DNA of 64,000 nucleotides from Phoronis australis (taxonomy: Eukaryota > Animalia > Phoronida), in contig NMRA01000422.1 of NCBI GenBank assembly GCA_002633005.1, forward strand, positions 248,001 through 312,000, read 5' to 3'. Position 1 is the first letter of the stretch. Each line of letters starts with the position of its first letter. Positions 15,001-27,000 of this stretch are shown one piece after another. The position numbers and the translations under genes are program-made. The notes below the pieces were generated by a model that ran no database searches, was not told the origin of the DNA, and saw nothing but the letters and a program-made list of their open reading frames with translations.

Positions 15001-18000
15001 AAGGTTCTTTGACTGATGGACACAACTGGCGGAGGTCGAGGCGACATATTATGGACTCAGAGACTTACTGATCCGAGAACAGTTTCTGGGAGTATGCCAT
15101 CCTGAGATGTCCGTATTCCTAAGAGAACGGAAACCGAAGACCTTCGACGAGATGTCGGCCATTGTTCAACAGTACATGGACGCCCACTGTACTGGTTTGT
15201 TGGGCAAAGGGTTTGCAAAGAAAGACTTGGGACAGGTAGCCAGAAGACAGGCACCGCAAAGCAACACAGAAGAACGAAAGACAGAAACTCCTCGTTCGTC
15301 AATGACCAGAAACAAGGGTGACATGGAGTGTTTCAATTGTCATCGGAAAGGTCATCTAACCAGGGACTGCTGGATGAAACAATCACAGTCCAAAAGGTCC
15401 GCTGCAAGTGAGCAGTCGTCCTCCACGCAGCAAGAACGGACTAAGAAAGAAGACACCAAGACGGCAGGATTGTGTCAAGCTGTGGTAGCGACGGGTAGCC
15501 CGGTAGAGCATGACATAGTTGATGGCTGTATGAAGTTAGTCGATGGGACATCAATACCGTAGAGACAGCAGACTGTGATAAACACACAGAACCTCCAGCT
15601 GACCACAATATGCCCGTTTGTGACAGTTACGTCAACGAAACAAAGGTACGCATGATGCGTGACACCGGATGCACTAGTGCAGCGGTGAAGACGTCCCTAG
15701 TCAAAGAAGGTCAACTGACGGGGAAACAACACATCTGTGTGTTAATAGATGGGACAGCACGATCCTTTCCCATACCGAAGATTGAGGTAGATACTCCATA
15801 CTTCGTTGGTGAAATCGAGGCGATGTGTATGCGAACACCGATATGCGACCTCATCGTAGGGAATGCTGTTGGCGTCAGCAAGGATCCTGGTCCCAATTGG
15901 CAACCACGAGATAATGTCATGTCCGCAGTCACTACTAGAGCACAGGCTGAGAAGAGAGAGAAACCTATTGAGCCTTTGGCGGTGACTCCATCCGGAGTGG
16001 AAAGTCTCGACGTCAGCAAATTGAAGGACGAGCAACAACATGATCCTTCCCTACGTAAGCTCATGGAACTTGTTGAGAAAGAGAAACCAGCAAGAACACG
16101 TGGTAGAGGTCAATACTGGTATGAGAAGCAGAAGGGGGTCCTATACCAAGTGTATACTGATAACACCAAAGAATTGCGTCAGATAGTTGTCCCTGTCAAA
16201 TATCGACAACAGGTTATGACGCTAGCTCACGAGTCAATCGTTGGTGGGCACCTCGGTGTGAAGAAGACCAGTTATAGAATAGCCAGTAGCTTTTATTGAC
16301 CAGGAGTTGGCAGCGACATAAATCGTTTCTGCAGATCATGTGACATCTGCCAGCGAACAACTCCTAAGGGCAGGATCTCTAAAGTGCCATTGGGCGAGAT
16401 GCCACTTATGGAAGAACCGTCCCAGCGTATCGCTGTTAATTTGATTGGTCCTGTGTCGCCGATCACAGACAGAGGCAACCGGTACATTCTCACTATAATA
16501 GGCTATGCCACAAGATACCCAGAGGCAGTCCCTCTACCCAGAATAGAAGCTGAACGAGTCGCAGAAGCATTGCTTGAAACCTTCTGTAGAATCGGCTTTC
16601 CAAAGGAGGTACTTAGTGACTGTGGGACACAGTTTACCTCAGAAGTACTGAAAGAAGTTGCACGGTTGATATCCATGAAGCAACTGTTCACTACTCCGTA
16701 CAATCCGGAATGCAATGGATTGTGTTGGATACCAAGTCCTAATATTGTTACCAGCCGACAGGAACAAACTGCTGCTGCAGTGGAGGGGTCCCTATGAAGT
16801 GACCGAGGTACTCAACAAAATGGACTACCGAGTAAGGGTTGGTGGAAAGACCAAGACATATCATGCCAACCTGTTGAAACTCTACATATCTCGTGACCAA
16901 AGTGGGGCTGCAAGTAAAGATGATACAGATCAGAATACTGACATCGCAGCCATAGCTGTACTTCAGCCTGAAATGGACAATGAAGTTGCTGTTGTCGATG
17001 ATGAACATCTACTAGAGCTGGGATCGACAAACCAAAAAGAAACAAAAGATGTAAAGATATCAGACGAGGTCACTAGTATCAGAAAATTTGCAGTTGAACC
17101 TTTAAATGGAAACAAAATGGCCGCCACAGCCGCCATCTTGGATCCGATTTTGACGAAAAACAATAGACTTCCAGTACTTCAGGAAGTACGTGTTATGTGT
17201 AAATTTCGTGATGATCGGACGAAAATTGCGACCTGTATCGTGCGAACAAACAAAAAAAAATGAAAGCGCTCTGAGGAGCGAAACTTGGCGAAATTAACCA
17301 AAAAAAAAACACGTTCGAGAGGACGAGAAAAGACGACGACAGAGATGATGACGAAGATGACAGCTATGACGACGATGGTGGCGATAATGGACAACCCTAG
17401 TTATGATATCATTCATATAACGAACGTAGAGGTCAGAAATCACTAAGAAATAGGCTACAGTCTTGAGCGACACTTGGCAAAATTAACTGAAGAAAAGACA
17501 ACGTCGGAGATGATGATGAAGATGACAAATATGATGATGGTGGTGGCCATGATGAAGAACATCATAACATTCATATGACGAATTTAGATGTCATAAATCA
17601 TTTAAGAAATAGGCTGCAGTCTAGTTCAATAGAAGCTAAACCAACCTGAATGCAGCAAGAGCGCTCAACAAAGGAGCAGCGTTATCACAAAATCTCAAAT
17701 AACTCGAAAAGTAGACGTCGTAGAGAAAAATGGAAAGCATCTTCTGAAAGCCCGTTCAAAGCTCTCTATCTAAACAGATGGTATCACCTAATTCCGTAAA
17801 TTTTTCGAAAAAAATGAAATTTTGCGTCAAATAACTCGAAAACGGTAAGTCTGAGGAAAAAATTGTTACAAGCCATTTGAAAGGTAATACTTCAAAGAAT
17901 CTACATGCAAAAAATCACGTCTTTTTCTCTTCCCGTTTAAAATCGCACTCCAGACGACTGAAAATTGGTCAACATGCGCCATATCCGCCATCTTGAAGGC

Positions 18001-21000
18001 AACTTCCGGTTTTTTGGTTTTGTATAATAGCATGTTACGAGAAACTAATACCTGTAAAAATTCGAAGGAATTGGTTTGATAATGCGCCCTCTAGAGGAGA
18101 AAACGTTTTTAAGCCAAAATCGAGGTGCGCATGCGCGATCGCCGATATTTCCGCCATCTTAAGCCGGAAGTGAACAATTTCCAGTATACTTGTAGCAAGC
18201 TTCCTGTCCATTTACTGTGCCGATTCTTAGCTTTTTACGTAAAAAATTGTAGCTTCCAGAAGCATTTGAACCACAGCCGCCATCTTGGATCCGATTTTGA
18301 CGAAAAACAATAGGCTTCCAGTTCTTCCGGAAGTACGTGTTATGTGTAAATTTCGTGATGATTGGACGAAAATTGCGACCTGTATCGTGCGAACAAAAAA
18401 AAAACAAACTTAGTGTCAGAGCAATATACTTGGCGAAATTTATTTCGCCAAGTAAAAACAAAGTTAGTGTCAGAGCAATATACTTGGCGAAATTTATTTC
18501 GCCAAGTAATGAAAGCGCTCCGAGGAGCGAACCTTGGCGAAATTAACCAGAAAGATGACAATAAAGATGATGACGAAGATGACGAATATGACGACGATGG
18601 TGGCGAGGATGAACAAAAGAAGTAATAATAATATACACATGACGAACGTAGAAGTCCGAAATCTGTAAGAAAAAGGCTACAGTCTTGTGCGACACTTAGC
18701 GAAATTAACGGAAAAGACAACGACGGAGATGATTACGAAGGTGATGACGATGATGACGAATATGATGATGGTGGTGGCGATGATGAACAACATCACAACA
18801 TTCATATGACGAACTTAGATGTCATAAATCAATACGAAATAGGCTACAGTCTACTTCAATAGAAGATGAACGAACATCAATACAGCAGGAGCGCTCAACA
18901 AAGGAACAGCGTTATCAGAAAATCTCAAATAACTCGAATAGTAGACGTCCTAGCGAAAAATGGAAAACATCTTCTGAAAGCCCGTTCAAAATTCTATCTA
19001 AATTGTTAGTATCACACAATTCCGTAAATCTTTTCGAAAAAAAATGAAATTTTGAGTTTTTTAAAGAAATTCAAAGTCAAATAACTCGAAAACGGTTAGT
19101 CTGAGAAAAAATTGTTACAGGCCATTTGAAAGAATATACTTCAAAGAATCCACATGCAAAAAATCACGTCTTTTTGTCTTCCCGTGGGTCAACATGCGCC
19201 AGATCCGCCATCTTGAAAGCAACTTCCGGATTTTTGGCTTTGTATAATAGCATGTCATAAGAAACTAATACCTGTAAAAATTCGAAGGAATTGGTCTTAT
19301 AATGCGCCCTCTACAGGAGAAAACGTTTTTAGGCCAAAATCGAGGTGGGCATGCGCGATCGCCGATATTTCCGCCATCTTTAAACGGAAGTAAACAATTT
19401 CCGGTATACTTATAGCAAACTTCCGGTCCATTTATTGTGCTGATTCTTAGCCTGTTACGTAAAAAATTGTAGCCTCCAGAAGCATTTGAGCCTTTAAATG
19501 AAAACAAAATGGCCGCCACAGCCGCCATTTTGGCTCCGATTTTGACGAAGAACAATAGGCTTCCAGTACTTCCGGAAGTACGTCTTATGTGTAAATTTCG
19601 TGACGATCGGACGAAAATTGCGACCTGTATCGTGCGAACAAAAAAAACAAACTTAGTGGAAGAGCAACATACTTGGCGAAAGTAATAAGTAGAATGTTAC
19701 ATTATGGGTTGAAATCAACAAGATAATTAGATGAGCTATAGCAGTTGAAGCATAAAGACTTGCTACAGTGTACAGAGGAAATTGTACGCCAGAGCCATCT
19801 CGTGGAAGATTCTAGAAAGGATCTTGGCAAGGGCAAGGGTTAACGAACAGGAAGTTAACTAAGAGCTTGTCACTTGCATTGTTGGTAGTAAGGTACTACC
19901 TGAAGTGTTGCGTCATCAGCCAGAGACTGTGACCAGCAAGAAGAGTCGCTTGTAGAAGAAATTGCCTGCAAGTGTTGCATCACCAGAGACAGTGACCAGC
20001 AAGTACACTGTCGCTATACAGTGTGTGTAGTTCGAAGATTCACCAACAGGACAGGCATCCAATAAGTAGAGAGTCCTAGCTTGGATAGCAGATAAGACAT
20101 TTGATTGTTTTGGTTGTTTGATTAAAGTAATCTTTAAAGAGGGCGCTAGCGTAGTTACTCTTTGTAGTTGATTGCTTAACTAACAATAGGTTTCATAATT
20201 AGGGGTTATCATATAATAAATTAATTACTGGATTTGATTATTCACTCTCCATCTACGCACAATCTCAAACCATAGCTACCTTTTAAACAAACCCACAGTC
20301 AATCGTCTGACAGCTGTTATGTTACACTCTCTCTCAGTACTGCAAGAGTAACGGTATGAAGTGGTCATACTACGCATGTAATATGGATTTTTCACTGATT
20401 AGTGGAAAGTGATCAAGAAATATACGGACATTCCGATCAGCAAAAAAATGACATTACAATATTTCGGCTGGTTGATGTTGAGAAGAGCATCAGCCGAGAG
20501 ATGCCATCGCAGCTTGCGGTTGCTGCAGTCCGCAACAGCTTTAACAGACACTTTTTGAACACGTTATTGTTTTGTGACACACTCAAAATAACACAGCGTA
20601 AAATAAAACGATTCACTGTAGTTTCCATTTATTCTCAGACCAGATGTTTACAACAAATATTCACAAAGTGGCATGCTCATCTTACATGGATTTCTGTGAG
20701 TTAGGTTCCTTCGCAGCGACCGCGTGTGACCAGATTGGCGCTGCAAATTTCAACGCCATGACAGCAGTGATTCATTTTATGAACGTATCCCTGCATGCAC
20801 GACTTAATCTTTAGGATGTAAACCTTTATCATGGAGTGTTGACGTTTGATAACGATTATCACCACCCTACTCCCAACCCCCAACTCCCACCGCCATCACT
20901 AGCAACCCATCCCCACCGTCACCAGTAACCCACCCCAACACACGCGCATCATTTGTATTCACTTTCGCCAAAGGTCAATCTAGAATACTTTTATTTACTT

Positions 21001-24000
21001 TTCAGGATATACGAATTGTTTGCTGGGTGACTCACTCACAATTTACGAGGGTAGTAGCACATCTCAGCCGCCCATTCGTCGATTATGCGGCTCCAAAAGC
21101 CGTTTTTCCGCATCTGCAAAAGGGAACATGTTATTAGTATTCTCCACTGACAGCAGCCTTTCGTACTCGGGGTTCAACGCCACCTTCCGTCGTACCTGTA
21201 AGTTTTGATAATAGAGCGAATTCACCTGTAGTTCTAGTTTAACCGTTTGATATGTGATTCACTACAACAATCTTACAGCCAGCCTTTGTCAGTTAAAGTC
21301 TGACAATTTCAAAGTCGGGAGCATGGTCAATATGGCGTTTGGATGATCCCTCGATCATGTGAATACACATTCTAGCCTGTGTTTGCTTATCGATTGATAA
21401 TGATGGCGTAGCACAGTAAGTAATTATTCAGAAGTTGGGAAGACGAGTTGGGTGGAAAGCGATAAGAAGAATTGGAAAAATAACGTATTATAGGCAAAAC
21501 TATCAAATTTTCCGACACGAGTTAGAAAGTTAAATATCGTACCCAAAGTTAGAAAAATAGCACTGAGCGATGTTAACAGAAACGTTTTGCTATCGGTATA
21601 TCTCAGAAAGATGTTTTGTTCCTATGCGACAGTTGTAGACAATGTAGTGTGGCTACTTAACAATGTAAAAGATAGTATTTTCGGCTATGCAAATGTCTCT
21701 GCACTCAAGAACAAGGAAATTTCAAAGATATTTTCCCGATTCTTTTTGTTAATCTGAAAATCTCATGAAAATTATTTGACTGCAAAGCAATGTAGCTTCC
21801 ACTCATTTTCAACTTATGGTCTTTCAAACTTAATCATATGTTTTCAAAATATTACCGGAATGAAACGCGGAATTTGGGCAGGCTTTTTGAATTTCTGGCG
21901 GTGCACTAACACTACAGCTTTAACGGTTGGCCGGCATTAAATTCACTTTCAATAAATTGTCATTAAAAACGCAGATGCATGCAGAGCTATAATCTTAGCA
22001 AAGTTCCTATTTTAGTAAAGTCTCTTAATTAATGAAACTTTCCGAATCCTAAACTGGCGAAAATAAAGAAAAGATTGTTTTTAAAACACATTCCATACGA
22101 GTATGTAGGATTTAGTACGAGTATAAGGATTTAGGACACGTACTCGTAATTCCCATAAGGCAACGCTTTTTTACCATTACGTAACGGTGATCCGACCACC
22201 GCTATACCCCTATTGACAATTTTAATTTACTATCTACTTAATTCCTTGATGTTTTAAATGAAATTTGGCAACCAAGTTTCCATTGGTACGGCCACGACAT
22301 CTTTTGAATTCAGATAGGGTTTGACGTATTTTATTTCACCTAGCGACCTGTTTTCGTAAATTTCAAGTCTGTTTTGGCGTCTGCCTCCATTTCTGCCAAA
22401 CTGCTAAAACTGTCGTAATATAAAATTTGACAAATATGTTTATATTAAGGAGAGCAGGATCTACGTCAATTTTTGGACGGGGTGACTAATTTGACGCACT
22501 TCTGGCTTTGGTTTTTACATTGGTCCGACGCCCTTTAGCGATAGTTTTGGAATTTGTTCAAGTGAACGTGAGCTCCTGACTGTTGGATTTTCTTAACCAT
22601 GGGTTAAGTTTGCACATGGAGCCTTGTTGAGAATTAATTTGGCGGTATCCATTCTTGTCAGCAAAATACCTTAAGCAGATGACAGCGTTTTCTGTCGGCT
22701 GCCTTGATGCAGAATATCGCTCGCTGTACACATTGCCGTGCATCAAACTAGACTTTAAGGAACAACGAAATTATGGTCTATTTCGATAATGAAAGACAAT
22801 GCGAAAAGACAGTTGTCCAGGATATCCTCTCATTCTCGTGCGTTCAATTTGCCACTGACCGCGTGTACCATATGGAAACGACGTGTAGGTATATAATTCT
22901 GCGTATTGAAAAGTGCTTTTGGTTTTTTGATGGTTGTAATAATCAATGTGACTGCTAAAGAATAAGACGGTGAAATATTTTTGCACCAAGGGACTGACTT
23001 TTTTTTTTTTTTTCTATTTTACCTCTTTCAACGCAGCCTGTGGTGGAGAACTAACGACACCAACCGGAACCCTCGCGTCCTCTTCGCATCTACCTACCTA
23101 CCATCGAAATTTTGCCTGCAGATGGACTATTACAGTTAAACAAAACAGGATTGTTGAAATCATATTAAGGTATGTTCATTAGCTAATTGCAGTAATCTTG
23201 CTCGTTTTCACAATTATACACTGTGTTTTAAAACTGTGTCAAAGATCAAAAGTTCAACTCAGCTATCATCAAAATAACATTGTTTGTACATTGTCAACTC
23301 CTAAAAATTATCATTTTTAGACAAGTGAAAAACACAATAGCCAATACTCAGCAATGAAATAGAGCAGACGGCCATCGGAACATTTTTTCTCAAGTGCCTG
23401 GAGAAAAATACTTGTTGAGTGTGTTAGTATTAACCAAACACAATTCCTTTGGGATATTTAGGGAACCATAAACGGTCGTACCGGTTACCTTTCTGTAACA
23501 ATGACGAATCAAATTATCTGCCATCTTGTAATCTCATTTTTTTGACCTTATAACGTCATGTAGTTATCTGAGTGCCAGCTAAGTAAAAAATGAAAATGGC
23601 GGAGTGATAAGCGAACGGTGAAAAGTCGAATCTTCGAGGGAATAAATTCTTTCGAAGGGGTTGATTTCCGTGCAGTTATAATCGCCGTATTATTTATGCA
23701 AATAAATGTTTTCACGAGATAGCAATTTCGACGATTGCAGGTGAAATAAGTCGAGTGTGATATGTATGATACTAAATGTGGATTCAACCACCGCATCACC
23801 TTCCTAGTGGCCACTTTGGTCTTGACAAGGAACTGAGTATTTTTGGATGAGCGTTTCTGGATTATCGCTAGAGAGCCAATTGGCGGATTTCAATGAAATT
23901 TGACACAGAGGTGTGTAGCAACAATGCGCTAGCACCAGTCGATTTTAGAGTGGGTTCAATTGCCGCAGTAACACCTAGTGGCCGATTGGTCTCGATAAAG

Positions 24001-27000
24001 GGTTTTGTGTACCGATGGATGCATTCCAATGAAACTTGAAAAAACGCACGAGGCAACAGTGTCCTGGCACCAGACAGCGTTTGAGCAGATTCGAACATTG
24101 CCTTAGAGACCGTGTTGGTCTCGTCAAGCGTCTTTTTCATTTCTTTTGAGGGCAGAGTGTTTCTGGATGATGTATAGAGAACCAATGGAGGGACTTTGAC
24201 GAAACTTGACACTGAAGAGAACTCTGTGGGAAAACACTGAACTGATAACAGTAAATGACTAACAGGCTTTGTACGTTCCTGTTCTGGTAAAAATGATAGT
24301 ACAGACTGTATGTATAGTAAACTGTCAGGTTGGGTTCATACACAGAATGCATCTAGCATAGAAATTTAATCTTAAAGTTGAAATAGATGTCCATCGGTCG
24401 GGTACACACACGCGCCGAAGCGAAGTCGATGTTCAAAATTGCCAAAAGTAGAGCATTTTACGGCGTACTTGAATGCCATGTGTACCCTGTCTGGGAATGG
24501 CGCGCTACTTGCGTGTGTCGATTTCGCAACCTCAGATAGGGTTGTTACAAACGGTAGCCCAATCGAGAAATGATTTTCCAGTCCCGTGGTGGTGGATCCC
24601 AGCAGTAATATAGTACATAATATGCTGAAAGCACCATCGTTCCAGTGCAACCTGGTACAGTTGCTCATGAGGAGTTCGGACAGTCAAGAAGATTTGGATT
24701 ATGAAAACTACCTACATATATTTTGGGAGTTGTTATCATAAAATGTTTCAAAGCTTGAACTGGAAGTCACAGTTGTTAATTGTAGTTCTCAAGTGATTAT
24801 TTTATTTTTTATACCTAAACACGAAAACCTACATGTAGCAAAGCCATCAGAATGTGGAAAAATTGCCACCCAAAACTCACTTTTGTGTAAACGACCAATG
24901 AAATCTTTTGAGCGTAGTATGTTGCCTTAGAAATGCAATTTATATCCAACAATATGAATCCTCTACCACGTAACACATGTCAACACTTTCATCGCCAGTA
25001 ATCGTGAGTACTGATGTGAAATTTATAATGAAGTACTTTTAATTGGCACTAGATTGCGCTTGTACTAATGACGAGTCCGTACTGTACTCATGCAAAATTC
25101 AAACGAACATTATGACATTTTTTCACTCTGTGTTTGCATTTGATACTACAATTTCTCATAACTTTATTTCACGTGAAAACCTTAGGGACATTGAATTTAT
25201 TTTCAGTGTTTCAACAAGCTTTAGGAATCCATNAATTTAAAAGTCAAAGTTTCGTTTTGTTGACAATCATAATAACAGTAAATCCAATACACTCCATGGT
25301 ACAAACATGTTTCACTCCCTAAGTACAACCTGGTTATACGAGATGGAAATTAGAAAACTTAGACCTTTGACCACAAAAATATTCTTTTTCCTTTAATTTA
25401 AAGCTACTGAACTTCATACAAATATAGGGCCTTTCATACTAACATCGACGCATCGACGTTTTTGGGAGTTAATGTCAGTATGAACACTTAAACTTTGGTC
25501 CTGGAAGGAAGTTAACAGCGCCAGTTAACTTCGCACTAAACAGGTGGATTTAATTGCTTTGCGTCAATGCTGCCACGCAGTATAAACGATCAACTTCGGT
25601 CCTATCGAAGTTATTGCCAGGGGCCACTGTTATCATTAACAATTGCATAGTAGTGTGATGGCTAATAGTTGCTTATACCTTGCTATAATAATCACCAATC
25701 AATTCAAAAATAAGTTTTATGTCAATTAACACATGTAAATGTTCCCAAGTTGTCACATCTTAGCGTGCAGTGCTACCTTGCGATACCTTCGATCACGACA
25801 GCGTCACCTACTGTTTACTTCGAAGTTCATTAACTACGGAAGCCAGAATGAACGGTCCAGTTAACTTCGCAGTGTACGCCGATGCTCCGCTCAGACAAGA
25901 GTTAAGTCAATGTGAAAGGGCCCCAAGGTAGACCATAAGCCACTTAATCTTCTTTAGCTGGATCTGCTCACTTAGCTTCACAGGCAAATAATCCATGTTT
26001 TGTGACTACAAACGCGCATTTCTGAGCTCAGATAACTGAATTCATAGGTTCATGAGCTGCAGTTCGTAAGTGCGTACGTTGCGTTGTCTGGGTAGCCTTC
26101 CTTATCCAACAATTGTTGAAGGCACACTCTGCAATAAAGACAAAAAATTTTAATAACAGATGGGTAAAAGCTATCAGTATAAGACAACTTAACTTGCTGG
26201 ATATTTATCGTGCTGTTCATACAACACTGATTTTTAAAACTTCCTGACTTATATACAGAGCCTAGAAAATAGTCTTCAAACTCAAAATTTAACCAATCAC
26301 TCCAGGACTCAAGTGCAAGACTAGTCTGCAAGTTTACTTCAAGCATGCACTGCAGAGGGTCAGTTTTCCCCATACTGTTTTGAATGAAGTTTTAATCCTG
26401 GATTCGCGACATTCAAAACAATTTTTTTCTATACAATTTGAATACAAAACATGCACATGGTCACCTATCATGCTATCACAATCTAGAACAAACCGTGCAC
26501 ATTACAAAACTTAATGTGTTAATAAAACTTGGACTTCAGGCTAACCAGGTATCGTATCCTGTAACTTTTTAGTTCAAGTTCTATGACAAATTAATTAATA
26601 TTTTAATCAAATGATGAAACTGTTGGCAACTGCAATAAACTACAATTCCCATTATTTTGATGAACTTTTCATTGTTTAATTCGTTAATCTGATAAGAAAA
26701 GGCACAACTCTAAATAATGAGCAGAGCTAGTTGAATTCTAACTAGCTCTCTCCAGCCAGCATAGAACTTCTCACTAATGCTTCATGGACATTTAGCCGGC
26801 ACAACCAGGGTTAGAACTGAAAGTTTAATCTCACATGTATACTTCCGCGGGTACTTTTTGAAACTTATAGCAAAACCAAGAAGCTTTACATTGACTTGAC
26901 CAAATGGCTACAAGAATCAGTGAGCTTGTTAAATATTATAAGCCCATTGGCTAAACCAAGGACATATTTCATATTGTTTCAAATTCAAACCCTGATAGCA

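Larger units (their letters stand above)
11909..20312 (+). mobile_element. Defective Ty3/Gypsy LTR retrotransposon, Gmr1-like (PR-IN order), inside a CUB-gene intron
   Basis: Termini TGTCAGA..TCTGACA; near-TSD GCTGC/GCTGT; LTR homology 12172-12797 vs 19684-20303; PBS, gag, protease and integrase remnants. Confidence 0.93.

Noticed and set aside
18337-18720. Acidic or Ser-rich ORFs (18362-18625, 18340-18720, also 17179-17394)
   Set aside because: Translations of GAT/GAC microsatellite tracts inside a repeat
26724-26749. Hairpin AGAGCTAGTT..AACTAGCTCT as a pre-miRNA
   Set aside because: Stem is only about 10-11 bp and does not extend
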